64,000 nt of DNA from Armatimonadota bacterium (GCA_038248345.1 JBBRXO010000003.1:13546-77545); one strand, 5' to 3'; counted from the first letter of the stretch, positions 8,172-19,287 are shown. The notes: generated by a model from the letters alone, not told the origin. Made by a program: numbers and translations.

Positions 8172-10786
8172 CTACGACCACTCAATGACGAAATAGCAGT
8201 TATCGGCGGCATTGTGGCGATACCAGGTGTTCTGGGTTTCTTCATCAGGATAACTGATATGGGCGTAGGTTTCGGTGCTTTCGACAGCAGCAGTCAGATT
8301 ATTCCAGGTAACCGGCGCGCCATTGATCCATTGCCAGTGTTCATCACGATAGAAGAGTCCCAGATGATAATTACTTATTAAACTGGAATCACATACACTG
8401 GAGAGATAACGAAACAACGCCTGGGTGGATCGCTGCGAAGTTGGACATGCGAGATGGCCACCCTGGCTTTGGCAGAAGGCTTCCGCGTCGTGCCAGGTCA
8501 TCTGGTGCGGGATGGCGATAAATCGGAAACCATCACATTCAGTTACCCAGCGAGTGAGGTCTACAGTAGAGGTAGACGCTGATTGAGAAGGCATCCAAGC
8601 GCGTAACGCCTGATGGATGGGATCAAGCACGGAGAGAACATAACCGACACGATGACTATTAATCTGGCGTAACGTAGGGATATCAGTGAGATCAGGTAGT
8701 GCCTATTGATGTATGATATTGAACTCCAATTGGCGTAAGGGTAATTGGCGCAGTACCGTGGCATTCGATGCTGTGAGCTGAACACCATCCAGTAAAAGTA
8801 CCGCCAGCGGTTTACCAGCTAATGGAGTAATATCCTCAATGAGAGTCTGGCGGCAGTCCAGAATAGTGAGGGGACTACTGGCGAGCGGGGATAGATCACG
8901 TATCGGATTCTTTCCGCACTCCAACCGGTGCAGTGGTAAACCCTGAAGCGGAGTTAGATCGGTAACATAATTCACCGTGAGCATAAGCTGCAATAATGAA
9001 GATCCGCTAAGTGGAGTCAGGTCGGTGATCTTGTTAAAGCGACAATCCAGCAATCTCAAGTGTATCCCTTGTAAAGGTGATAAGGTAGTGATGCCATTTG
9101 AATGGCATTGCAGACTCTCCAGAGGTGTGCCGACCAATGGGGAGAGGTCAGTTATCTGATTATTATTAAACTCGCATTCCGTTAATGGCATCCCTCGTAG
9201 CGGAGATATATCAGTAATCAGGTTGGATCCGCAATCTAGAGTTCGTAATGGCATGCCCATTAAAGGTGAGAGGTCATTGATGCTATTACCTTGGCAGTTC
9301 AATAAGGTTAAAGACATGCCAGCGAGTGGTGTGAGCGATGTAATGCCAGTTTTACGAATATTCAGACGCTGTAACGACATACTGGCTATAGCGTTCAATA
9401 TCGTTTGCTTCTCCTTGGCTGTCGAATTGATAAATAGCTGTCGGAGGCGATCCACGACTAAATGTGGAGTTTCGTCTGTACGATTCAAGGCCAATAGTTG
9501 TGTCAACGTCGTCATTACTCCGGCGATATCATGTCGCGTCAGACGAAAAAGCGCTAGCTCGCGCAATGCCTGCTGAGCAAAGGGATGATCGACGCTAATC
9601 CCGATCGTTTCCAGGGCTGCATCTTTAGCGTCGCCATGATGATCTGGCATGGCCAGGGCGGCGAGATACGCTGCCTCATTGCGCAAGGCAGGGTCAGTGA
9701 TCTCCTTACCAGTACGTACAAACCACTTCCAGGCGAGTTCAGCTGCGCCCTGCGACATCAGCACGCGCCCGGGTTCCAATATCGATACATACATGGGGGA
9801 ACGACGTGAATGAATGCGTAGCTGGCGGATATCCGCGCTACCCTCATTAAAATGGCGTCCTAGCGCCACGTAGCGACAGGTATCGCCGGTGAGGGAGAAA
9901 GGGGCATGGTATTCCATGATGCGTTGGCCATCTATTTCAGCATAAAAGGTATCCCGTTCACGCCAGAGTGACACACTGAATTGCGATGCTTCATGGTTTA
10001 GCATGATGTTGCACACAGACAACACTTCCCAAGTACCATGTTGCACTGTTTCAAAGGTGATATGGTCATAATTCTGCAGGTGTAAGCGATAGCCAGTAAG
10101 GAGATCACCAGAGACGGCGAGGTAGATATTTATACCATCGTGCAGGCGATTATCAATAACAACATCCAGGCAGGCCTCTTCTGATAGGTCACCTTCCCAA
10201 CGCAGATGAGTCCACCAGAAGGCCGGGAGCAGGCGGAGCATCCCGTCTTCCAGCACGATACGCTCAGGAGCAAGGTGTTGTGGCGCCTCCAATTCACTCG
10301 CGAAGTCCTGATACCAGTAGACGTTTAAGCGTGCATCGAGTTCTTGAGTCTGCGAAAAATCAGCCTCGAGTACAGTATTCCAGTGTACCTGAAAAAGCTC
10401 GCTTTGCTGCACAGTACCCATCCCAATATTCGCAGAATCAGGCGCTGGTGGTAGTTCCTTCCGCTTTTGCGAGGGAGTTACCCCGAAGTATTTGTGGAAG
10501 AGGCGAGAAAAATAGAAACTGTCGGCATAGCCAACTGCTTCGGCGACAGCAACTATCGTCAATTCATGATTTAGCAGCAGTGTGGCGGCTTTTTCCATGC
10601 GAAGTGAAAGCAGATAGTGAATGGGACTCATGCCGAAAAATCGCTTGAACCTTTTGCAAAAGTAATTAGGGGTGATGCAAAGAGAAGGGCGAGATCATCT
10701 AATGATATCGCCTCGACGTAGTGTTCTTCCATGTAGGATTTTACACCGATGTATGTATATGGAATCTGAGCCTGATCATTTTGCAT
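8172..10786 (-). pseudogene. Disrupted AraC-HTH / ConA-like / helical / LRR / C-type lectin fusion gene
   Basis: Start ~10786 (MQNDQAQ..YMEEHYVEAISLDDLA). A frameshift at ~10680 leads into CITPNYFCKRFKRFFGMSPIHY..GYADSFYFSRLF. About 10 internalin-like LRRs (ITDLSPL.G..L) follow, then an in-frame TAG at 8703-8705, then ALPDLTDIPTLRQIN and a C-lectin domain (MTWHDAEAFCQSQGGHLA..WQWING..FVIEW). Confidence 0.8.
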
Positions 10787-11143
10787 ATTATAGTCCGGGT
10801 GATACCTGACAAATTAAAGCCGAATGAGGGAAATGCATATTCAATTATGCCGGGAAATTGCGTAGTAAGTAGACCATTACCCCAACGCCAATGATTATGT
10901 TGAATTAGAATACTGTGAGTATAACGCAAAAAGACTATTTTATCCAGATATTGGCCTTTCTAGTCCATGTTATCTTTGCCAATGACGATATACAATGAAT
11001 TATTAGAGTTGTACACAAGCTGTTTTATAGCTAAAGTGCCCACCTTTCCTATCTTCTCCGTGTCCTCTCTGCCTCTGTGTTGAAAAAAGAATGGAATAAC
11101 GGTGAGTTAAAGATTAATATCGCATTAAAATTCGTTTTTGCTA

Positions 11144-11171
11144 TTGACAACCAGAAAAAAGCTGGTATAAT
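11144..11171 (+). promoter_or_regulatory. Consensus sigma70 promoter
   Basis: TTGACA-N16-TATAAT with extended -10 TG. Confidence 0.8.
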
Positions 11172-11253
11172 TAAAAGTACAACTTATACGGTTTATCGGA
11201 TGTTTAAGCTGGTCTGCCGGAAAATTTAATAAGTTGAAAAAAAGGAGAAGATT

Positions 11254-12420
11254 ATGTATTCATAACTACGTCGAGGGTTTACCCTCATCGAACTGCTGGT
11301 GGTTATCGCGATCATCGCGATTTTAGCCGCCATTCTCTTTCCCGTGTTCTCTAAGGCTCGTGAAAAAGCCCGGCAGACACAGTGCCAGAACAACCAACGC
11401 CAGCTGGCCATCGCCATCAGCATGTACACGCAGGAGCACGAAGAGACCCTGCCCTTAAATGCTACCGTTTGGCAGTCACTGAAATTGACCTCGGCACTCT
11501 CCTCCAACCAAGCCGCTTTAGCAGTAAGCAGTAGCGTAACCAAATGCCCGAACAAACCACAGGCTAATGGCTATGTCTACAATGGTATGCTCTCCGGCGT
11601 CTCCCTGGGCGATGCCAGCAAGGGCGACCCCACCGGCGTGTGGATGATTGCTGATGGAAATTCAGCTGATCCAGCTATGCCCAACGTAGCTTCTGGAATA
11701 GGTGATGTAGACGGCATTCGCCACGCCAACAGCTTCATTGCCGCCGCCCTGGATGGCCATGTGGAAATGAACAAAACTGCCGACAAGGTCGCCTGGAATG
11801 GCCGTGCTGGCAACTACGGTTTGCTGTTGTATAATAACCCGAATCTTTTTGCTGGTATGACATCAGGCTTAGTTACAACAAGTGGTTCGTTAACAGTTTC
11901 CCCACAAGCGCAAGCTGCTGGTACAGGAGAACCTTACAACTCTACTATCGTCTGGTTTGATTCACCAAACAATAAACTGACGTTAAATGCAGCAGCTCAC
12001 GGACATTCCTCTGCTTCTATTGACTTTGCTTCATCTGTTGCCGGCGCTAACTATTTTGAAGTAACAGGAAGTATTAATTTCAGCAAATCTTGTTGGAGCG
12101 GCGATTCTGGCGGTGGTGCTGACCCAGGCGTATTAACCTTTGCTTCTGGTAATACTCCTATGGTAGTCATCAAAGGAGTGGGGAATACATCTATTACCGT
12201 AAATGATACAACTGTACCTGGTATTAGCCCGACTGCAATCAATCTCTTCAAAGTAATAATCCGTAGTGACAACACCGTCACTGTCACTATTGGTGGAATA
12301 TCAGTCAATACCACCGGTGGCCCAATCAACAAGATAACATTAGATTTACCGATTACTACTAGAGATACGCAAAGTCAATGCATCGCCGAATTATCCAATC
12401 TCGGTATTTTGGCAAAATAG
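11254..12420 (+). pseudogene. Prepilin-type N-terminal cleavage/methylation (DUF1559/H-X9-DG) protein with a nonsense codon at position 4
   Basis: AAGGAG RBS, then ATG TAT TCA TAA CTA CGT CGA GGG TTT ACC CTC ATC GAA = MYS*LRRG^[48 protein letters not shown] motif. Confidence 0.85.
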
Positions 12421-12637
12421 TTCGACCGATAATTAGAAACAAGCGACAACCCCGCCGGCCTCATCTACAACCGGGTACTGTCCGCCGCAGAGATCAGCGC
12501 ACTGGCAGCTGGGAAGCAATAAGCCGGTAGTTTTACTCTGCGGCAAACGACGATGGCGCTGCTGATCTATCAAATCAGTAGCGCCATCGTTGTTCTGCAA
12601 TTTCCTCACCCTCACCGATTTCAGCTATAATAATCCC

Positions 12638-13786
12638 ATGGACAATCTGCCGCCTTTATACTTGGATTACGCCGCTACTACGCCGCTGGATGAGCACGTG
12701 CTTGCCACTATGCGCCCTTATCAGGAGAATGTTTTTGGCAACCCTTCCAGCCAGCATTCTTTTGGCCGCACTGCCCGGACCGCGGTGGATGCTGCGCGTG
12801 ACATGGTGGCAGATCTACTGGGCGCGCGCTCTTCCGAGATTATCTTTACCAGCGGCGGCACTGAGGCTAACAATATTGCTCTCAAGGGTGTGGCTCATGC
12901 CGCTGTTGTACGTGGCGGAAATCATCTGATCACCACCGCCTTCGAGCACCATGCCGTTCTGGCTCCCTGCAAAACTCTGGCGCGTGAGGGTTTTCTGGTT
13001 ACCTATTTGCAAACAGATACTAACGGCTACATATCCGCAGCGCAGGTGGCAAATAGCATTACCCCTGCTACCACGCTGGTCTCGGTGATGCTGGCGAATA
13101 ACGAGATCGGTACTATCCAACCCGTGCGTGAGATCGCCGATATCTGCCATACTCAGGGCGTCTATCTGCATACCGACGCTGTGCAAGCTGCCGGAGAATT
13201 TGTGCTCAAAGTCGATGAATTAGGCGTTGACCTGCTCTCGTTGAGCGGCCATAAAATATATGGTCCTAAAGGGGTGGGGGTGCTTTACGTTCGTTCTGGT
13301 GTGCGTCTGCAACCGCAAATGGACGGCGGCGGCCAGGAGATGGAGCGCCGTGCTGGTACCGAGTCTGTCGCCGCCATCGTCGGCTTCGCCGAAGCCCTCC
13401 GTCTCGCGCACGACCCCGGCGAGATTACCCGTCAACAAATTCTTCGCGACCTGCTCATTGATGGCCTGTTGGCGCTCCCTGGAACTACGCTCAACGGCGG
13501 CCGCGCACCGCGTCTGTCCAACAACGTTAATGTCAGTTTCGCTGGTATCCCCGGGGAGACGATGCTCGTCGCCCTTGATCTCTCCGGCATTGCTATCAGC
13601 ACCGGTGCCGCCTGCTCCGCGGGTGCGGTGGAGGCCAGTCATGTATTGTTGGCATTGGGCCGTTCCCCGGCCGTCGCCGCTGAAGCAATCCGCTTCTCGC
13701 TCGGCCGTGCGACGACTGAAAGCGATATCATCCGTACCCTATCCACCGCCCAGGAGATAGCAGGCAGATTAAGGAACATAGCGTAG
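12638..13786 (+). CDS. iscS: Cysteine desulfurase (IscS/NifS family)
   Basis: YLDYAATTP, GNPSS, FTSGGTEANN, HTDAVQ, SGHKIYGPKG and STGAACSAG. Confidence 0.93.
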   Translation: MDNLPPLYLDYAATTPLDEHVLATMRPYQENVFGNPSSQHSFGRTARTAVDAARDMVADLLGARSSEIIFTSGGTEANNIALKGVAHAAVVRGGNHLITTAFEHHAVLAPCKTLAREGFLVTYLQTDTNGYISAAQVANSITPATTLVSVMLANNEIGTIQPVREIADICHTQGVYLHTDAVQAAGEFVLKVDELGVDLLSLSGHKIYGPKGVGVLYVRSGVRLQPQMDGGGQEMERRAGTESVAAIVGFAEALRLAHDPGEITRQQILRDLLIDGLLALPGTTLNGGRAPRLSNNVNVSFAGIPGETMLVALDLSGIAISTGAACSAGAVEASHVLLALGRSPAVAAEAIRFSLGRATTESDIIRTLSTAQEIAGRLRNIA

Positions 13787-13848
13787 ATTATTGACGCCCG
13801 CTCGCTATCGGGGTACGATTAATGCAAATGTTTATTCGGGGGTGGGTG

Positions 13849-14829
13849 ATGAATAGTTGGCGGCGTTGGCTGGCGCTCATATGTGCTATAGCGGTAATGG
13901 GGTTTGCCATGGGGGCGGGGTGCGTCGGCGGGTCATCTGTTGCAGCCCCTGTCATTACGCCCAAGTTTGACTTTGACCGTGCTTTTGCTGATCTGGATAA
14001 ACAACTCACCTTCGGTTTCCGGGTGCCCGGAACACCTGCGCATCAGAAGGTACAGGAGTGGATTGTGGAACAGATAAAGCCGTCTTGCGCCACGGTTACC
14101 TTGCAACCGTTCAAAGACACGCTGGGCGGCAAAGAGGTGCAGATGAATAACATCATCGGCAGCATCCCCGGCAACGGTAAGGCTCCCCGCGAGGTGGTAA
14201 TCGTGGCCGCCCATTGGGATAGTCGCCCTACCGCCGATTACGATCCCGATGTAAAGAAGCGTCTCACTCCTATTCCCGGCGCCAACGACGGTGCCTCCGG
14301 GGTGGCAGTATTAATTGAGATTGGCCGTCAACTAAAGGCCAACCCCATTACACGCGACGTGCTCCTGGTTTTCTTTGACGGCGAAGATTTTGGCACCTAC
14401 CCGGATCAGGATCAAGACCGCAACATCAGTAAGATGCTCCTTGGCTCCAAATTCTACGCGAAGAATCTGCCTACGCCGAAACCATCATGGGGTATATTGC
14501 TAGACATGATCGGCGACAAAGACCTGGCTGTCTACCGTGAGCCAAACTCGGATAAGTATGCCAAGGAAGTGAACGACCGTGTCTTCGCTGCCGCTAAAGA
14601 GATGGGTTATATGCGTACTGGCAAAACCTCCGGTTTCATCGACAAGCCCAACGCCTTTGCTATAGTTGACGACCACATCGCCATCAATGAAGCTGGGGTG
14701 CCGATGATTGACCTGATCGACTTCAATTACAAGCCGTGGCATACTACATTAGATGATATCACCCAGGTAAGCCCGGATAGCCTGAAGATCGTCGGCAATA
14801 CCGTGCTGTATGCGCTGCAGATGCCGTAG
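13849..14829 (+). CDS. M28 family peptidase / glutaminyl cyclase-like lipoprotein
   Basis: Signal peptide ending GAG-C; AHWDSR, GANDGASG, FFDGED, LDMIG, DDH and WHT motifs. Confidence 0.85.
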   Translation: MNSWRRWLALICAIAVMGFAMGAGCVGGSSVAAPVITPKFDFDRAFADLDKQLTFGFRVPGTPAHQKVQEWIVEQIKPSCATVTLQPFKDTLGGKEVQMNNIIGSIPGNGKAPREVVIVAAHWDSRPTADYDPDVKKRLTPIPGANDGASGVAVLIEIGRQLKANPITRDVLLVFFDGEDFGTYPDQDQDRNISKMLLGSKFYAKNLPTPKPSWGILLDMIGDKDLAVYREPNSDKYAKEVNDRVFAAAKEMGYMRTGKTSGFIDKPNAFAIVDDHIAINEAGVPMIDLIDFNYKPWHTTLDDITQVSPDSLKIVGNTVLYALQMP

Positions 14830-14840
14830 AGAAAAACCGG

Positions 14841-14979
14841 ATCCACCCCGTAAACGAGGTGGCTAGCAAGGGCAAGCACGCTAAAGCGCGCTGTTTTCAA
14901 TTCGTAAATTACGTGGTCAATGTTCTTAGCGCCCTTTAGGGTGCTTTCAGTTGTTAGCCACCTCCTTCAGGGGGTGGAT
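14841..14979. repeat. Inverted-repeat element with ~52-bp arms, each made of two short hairpins (REP/IS200-IS605-type)
   Basis: ATCCACCCCGTAAACGAGGTGGCTAGCAAGGGCAAGCACGCTAAAGCGCGCT versus the reverse complement of 14928-14979, ATCCACCCCCTGAAGGAGGTGGCTAACAACTGAAAGCACCCTAAAGGGCGCT. Confidence 0.8.
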
Positions 14980-14996
14980 TAAGGTAAAAAACCAAA

Positions 14997-16022
14997 ATGG
15001 ATGAACGGATAATTTCAGGCAAAGAAGCCATTGAAGACGTGGTGAGCTCCTCGGCGTTGCGCCCGTTGACTTTGGCGGAGTACATCGGGCAGACGCAGAT
15101 CAAGGAGAACCTGTCCACCTGTATTCAGGCGGCGAAGGGGCGCGAGGAGACGCTGGACCACGTGCTGCTCTACGGCCCGCCGGGGCTGGGCAAGACCACG
15201 CTGGCGCAGATAATCGCGCATGAGATGGGCGCGGAGATAGTCTGCAGCAGCGGCCCGGCGATGGAGCGCGCCGGCGACCTGGTGGGCATCCTTACTAACC
15301 TGCCGAAAAACTCGGTCTTCTTCATAGATGAGATTCACCGCTTGCCGCGCGTGGTAGAGGAGTACCTCTACTCGGCGATGGAGGACTTCTCCGTCGACTT
15401 CATGATCGACAAGGGCGCCTTCGCCAAGAGCATCAAGATGCCGGTGCAACGCTTCACGCTGGTGGGGGCCACCACGCGAGCGGGCAAGTTGACGGCCCCA
15501 CTGCGTGAGCGTTTCGGCATATTTTACCATCTGGAATTCTACCCGGTGGAGGAGCTGGTGAAGATCGTCAACCGCTCGGCGCGCCTATTGAAGGTAGAGA
15601 TTGACGCCCCCGGTGCCGAGGAGATCGCCCGCCGCAGCCGTGGCACCCCGCGCATCGCCAACCGCCTGCTGCGCCGCGTGCGCGACTACGCCCAGGTGAA
15701 GGCTGACGGCATCATCACCTGCGAGATAGCCGATACGGCACTGCTGGCGTTGGGGGTAGACCGGCTGGGACTGGATGAGCTGGACCGTAAGCTGCTGCGC
15801 ACCATCATCGACTTCTACCAGGGCGGCCCGGTAGGCGTGGAGGCGATAGCCGCCACCATCAATGAGGAGAGCGAGACGCTGGTGGACATGGTAGAGCCAT
15901 TCCTGCTGAAGATCGGCTACCTCAGCCGCACCCCCAGTGGTCGCAAAGCCACCCACCTGGCCTACCAGCACTTCGGCCTGTCGCAGGGCGATGTTACGGC
16001 GGGGACGTTGTTTGGGGAGTGA
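14997..16022 (+). CDS. ruvB: Holliday junction branch migration helicase RuvB
   Basis: [34 protein letters not shown] and [16 protein letters not shown]. Confidence 0.98.
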   Translation: MDERIISGKEAIEDVVSSSALRPLTLAEYIGQTQIKENLSTCIQAAKGREETLDHVLLYGPPGLGKTTLAQIIAHEMGAEIVCSSGPAMERAGDLVGILTNLPKNSVFFIDEIHRLPRVVEEYLYSAMEDFSVDFMIDKGAFAKSIKMPVQRFTLVGATTRAGKLTAPLRERFGIFYHLEFYPVEELVKIVNRSARLLKVEIDAPGAEEIARRSRGTPRIANRLLRRVRDYAQVKADGIITCEIADTALLALGVDRLGLDELDRKLLRTIIDFYQGGPVGVEAIAATINEESETLVDMVEPFLLKIGYLSRTPSGRKATHLAYQHFGLSQGDVTAGTLFGE

Positions 16023-16138
16023 AGGCGGTTGGTGGTTTAGGTTTAATTCACAGGATATCAGGATTAGAGGGATGTGGGTGAATTGAAAGCTTCACGCTGG
16101 CTATGCTTTGGACATTTTTTGTTAGTTTCAACTGAATA

Positions 16139-16304
16139 GGCGCATTAATCGGGGACTGTCCCCCTCCTGCCGAAGGATCAGCTGTTTCGACAGGGTGGGG
16201 ACAGTCCCAACCGGAGACTGAATACGAAAGAGAGGCTAACTATGGTAGGTATAAATCTCGATTATGCCGGCTACTGTGCGCGAGGACAGTCCCCGGTTAG
16301 CGCC
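16139..16304. repeat. GGGGACTGTCCCC-type palindromic element with imperfect terminal inverted repeats
   Basis: GGCGCATTAATCGGGGACTGTCCCC ... GGGGACAGTCCC ... GGACAGTCCCCGGTTAGCGCC. Confidence 0.7.
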
Positions 16305-16385
16305 GGTTTTTTGTGCTAGTCGTCCGGTAAAAACTGCTGGTAACGTTATTGCAGATAGCCAGGCAAATATTTGAGGACGCACACG

Positions 16386-17174
16386 ATGGCAACTAATAAA
16401 TGTCCGAAGTGTGGTGAATAATTGGCGGAAGATGGCATTAGCTGCGACCACTGTGATGCGAGTACTTCCGACATTCCATCAAAACAGATTCCGATGCCTC
16501 CGCCTCCTATCATTGCGGGCAGTAAGATGGACGATAAAGAACCGGTCATGAATCCGCTGGCCGGCTGGTCGCTTTTTCTGGGGATCGCATCCATTTATCT
16601 GTCAATCATTACCGGGATTGTCGGGCTGGTACTGAGGATACTGGCGATTATGCAGATTCGAGCTAGCCAAGGACGCCAGAGAGGAATTGGATTAGCTGTC
16701 GCCGGCATAATCACCTCTATCATCCTCTCCATATTTATCGCAAGTACATACTATGGAATGCTAAAATCGGTGCGTTCGAAAGCTCGCCAGACGGTGTGTA
16801 TGGATAATCAGCGACAAATGGCCACAGCAATTGCGGTTTATATACAGGATCATGATGGCAACTATCCTACCGGTGATTTCTTTGCATTGATAAATAGCCC
16901 ACAGAGCAGCCCTTCAAATACAACCATATTGCGGTGCCCAGAAAGCAAACTCGCCAACGGATATGGTTACAATAATAACTTGCGTGGTAATAACGTAAAG
17001 ATGGTAGCAGATCCTGCTACCACGATACTTACAGCCGATGGCACGGGATTGCCCTTCTACACTTCAGCTGATATTGCCCCCAAACGGCACAAATACTTCT
17101 TCATCGCTTCCTTTGTCGATGGGCATGTAAAAGCGAAAAGCGCAGAAGATAAGATATCGTTGGAGATTAATTGA
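16386..17174 (+). pseudogene. Zinc-ribbon + DUF4190-like TM + DUF1559/H-X9-DG protein with an in-frame TAA at codon 12
   Basis: GAGGA RBS; MATNKCPKCGE*LAEDGISCDHC, with the stop at 16419-16421 splitting a CxxC..CxxC ribbon; GIGLAVAGII, KARQTVCMDNQRQ and RHKYFFIASFVDGHV. Confidence 0.75.
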
Positions 17175-17331
17175 CGAAAGTTTTTCTGTAGCCATGTAAT
17201 ACATTGAGGCACATCAGCTTTAATCCCGATAAATGTCGGTAAATTTCTAGTGAATTATGCTTGCGCCAACCCCGATCCTCTGATATATTACGCATAGAGG
17301 CAAACAACGAAGGCATTACGGTATATACATC

Positions 17332-18930
17332 ATGACGCAAATCTCTCCTATAAAATCAATCCCCGGTCTTTGGCGTACTGAAGCAGATACTTGTGGTTAT
17401 CTGCTGGTACGCAATGGACGAAGTCTGCTTATCGACTGTCCAGTGCAGGAGCTATCGAATGAGCTGACCGCAAATGGCTTGCCATTTCCAGAGATTGTCC
17501 TGCATACCCAAGTACAGGAAGAGCATACTCGCGAATGGGCGGCTTTCCCTGCAGCAACGGTGTATGTGGCGGATAATTGCTTTGATATCGCTACACTTAA
17601 CAATGAATACCGTGCGGCCAGCAACACTCGCTGGCCGTTGTCGCGCGAATGGGATTCTCGCGGCGAAGAAATATACGGTATCGCTGGCTGCGTCACAGAG
17701 CGTCCGCCGTTGCAGCCGCTCAATGTAGCCGGGCTTCTTGTACCAGGAGATTCTTTTACCTGGGAGGGCATCATCCTGGAGATACTCGCGTTGCCAGGTT
17801 CGGGCAAACGCGCTATCGGTATTTATTGGCGTGAAGTAGGCGCTCTCTTCTCCGGTGATCTCATTAGCGCGGGTGGCTATCTCGTTAATTTCTACGACCT
17901 GGAGCGCGGCTATGGCCTAACCAGTGGCTATCAGCAATTACATGACTCGCTGGGGTTGGTATTAAATCTCAACCCAATCCTGTTACTGCCCAGCACCGGG
18001 CCTGTTATTGAGCAACCTGTTGCAGATATTGCGGTACTTACCGAGCGGCTAAGCTGGATGAAAAACTCGCCAAACCGATCAGGTATTGCCCCCGCTACTG
18101 TAGTACGTGAATTCGGACGTTATAAAGAGATAATGCCGGGTATCTACCAGAACAACAACATGGGCAATATCATTCTTTATGTCACACCAGCGGGCCAGGG
18201 ATTGATAATTGATCCTGATCCTTGTGTCTGGCTTGATTGGGATGCAACGGTGACAGAGGTGCATGCTGACTTCGATCTACTCGAGCGCGAGACCGGCCTG
18301 AAGTGCATTGAGTTGGCGTTCATCACCCACTATCATGGGGATCATTGTGAGTTCAGCGATTTACTTCGCCAACGCTATGGTACGCAAATATGCGCCACTC
18401 CTGACGTTGCGGCGGTTTTGGAAGATCCTTACAGCTATCCCTATCCCTGCACTTTTGAATGGTATGACCTATCATTTGATCATGTTGCTGTCGACAGGAA
18501 GTTACCTTATGAGGAATCTTTCGACTGGCACGGTATTTCAATCATGCCAATTCACTCGCCAGGTCACTGCTATGCACACTCCGGTTTTCTGATCCCCTGG
18601 AATGGCATTCTCACCGCTTGTACGGGTGACACAGTACAATATAGCGGTGGAGATATATTTAGTGATCTCCCCATCAGCTATAACGATACCGCCTGGCCAG
18701 ACTTTGGTTTTGCTATCACTTTTCAACGCTTGCTACAAGCGAAACCTACCCTTATTCTCGGCGGGCACAGCAACTTTTTCTTTGATCCTGATCAAGCTGT
18801 ACTTCGTAAGATGCTAACCGTGTATGAGGAAACAGAAAGCCTTGTCGCACAACTGGTTCCTGATGGTGACCTCCGCAAATATATGACACCTCCTGGCTTC
18901 GATGCCCTACGACCTGCGCAGACAGTTTAA
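17332..18930 (+). CDS. Double MBL-fold metallo-hydrolase
   Basis: C-terminal domain has THYHGDH..PGH..TGD..GGH; N-terminal MBL domain is degenerate (HTQVQEEH..LPGS..SGD). Confidence 0.8.
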   Translation: MTQISPIKSIPGLWRTEADTCGYLLVRNGRSLLIDCPVQELSNELTANGLPFPEIVLHTQVQEEHTREWAAFPAATVYVADNCFDIATLNNEYRAASNTRWPLSREWDSRGEEIYGIAGCVTERPPLQPLNVAGLLVPGDSFTWEGIILEILALPGSGKRAIGIYWREVGALFSGDLISAGGYLVNFYDLERGYGLTSGYQQLHDSLGLVLNLNPILLLPSTGPVIEQPVADIAVLTERLSWMKNSPNRSGIAPATVVREFGRYKEIMPGIYQNNNMGNIILYVTPAGQGLIIDPDPCVWLDWDATVTEVHADFDLLERETGLKCIELAFITHYHGDHCEFSDLLRQRYGTQICATPDVAAVLEDPYSYPYPCTFEWYDLSFDHVAVDRKLPYEESFDWHGISIMPIHSPGHCYAHSGFLIPWNGILTACTGDTVQYSGGDIFSDLPISYNDTAWPDFGFAITFQRLLQAKPTLILGGHSNFFFDPDQAVLRKMLTVYEETESLVAQLVPDGDLRKYMTPPGFDALRPAQTV

Positions 18931-18939
18931 GGAGAAAAT

Positions 18940-19287
18940 ATGTGTAAAGCTCATGCAATAGTCCATGCCGGCATTTGTGGATTTGTCACCGAGGTGACGG
19001 CCAGTGGAAATGATGACCAGGAAGTGACGTTCACTATTACCAGCCCCTGTGCCAATATTCAGCGGTTAGCGGCTGCATTGCCTGCTGATATTGACGCTTA
19101 TTCCGAGATCGGCACTGGATATGCGGGGATAATATGGACGGCGGCGCACAGTATTGTACGCGGAAATTGTAGCGGTTGCATTGTAGCTCCCGCTATCTTC
19201 AAAGCAATGCAGGTTGCTGCTGGACTTGCTTTGCCAGCCGAATCGGTGATAAATATCGAACGGGTGGGGGAGGATACCACTTCGTAG
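18940..19287 (+). CDS. Small Cys-rich conserved hypothetical protein (DUF6951-like)
   Basis: AGICGF..SPC..CSGCIVAPAIFKAMQVAAGLALP; AGGAG RBS. Confidence 0.7.
   Translation: MCKAHAIVHAGICGFVTEVTASGNDDQEVTFTITSPCANIQRLAAALPADIDAYSEIGTGYAGIIWTAAHSIVRGNCSGCIVAPAIFKAMQVAAGLALPAESVINIERVGEDTTS

Noticed and set aside
8703..8705. In-frame TAG as pyrrolysine or stop-codon reassignment
   Set aside because: TAG and TAA both terminate many normal genes here, no pyl genes are visible, and the same gene also has a frameshift, so simple nonsense mutation is more likely
11056..11084. 9-nt periodic CTCCGTGTC/CTCTCTGC/CTCTGTGT motif (a similar CAGGAT periodicity occurs at ~16048-16073)
   Set aside because: Single short occurrences of common intergenic mini-repeats; not an array
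16160..16240. Glycine-riboswitch-like GCCGAAGGA / GGAGA words
   Set aside because: Motif order and stems do not fit the aptamer; better explained by the palindromic repeat element
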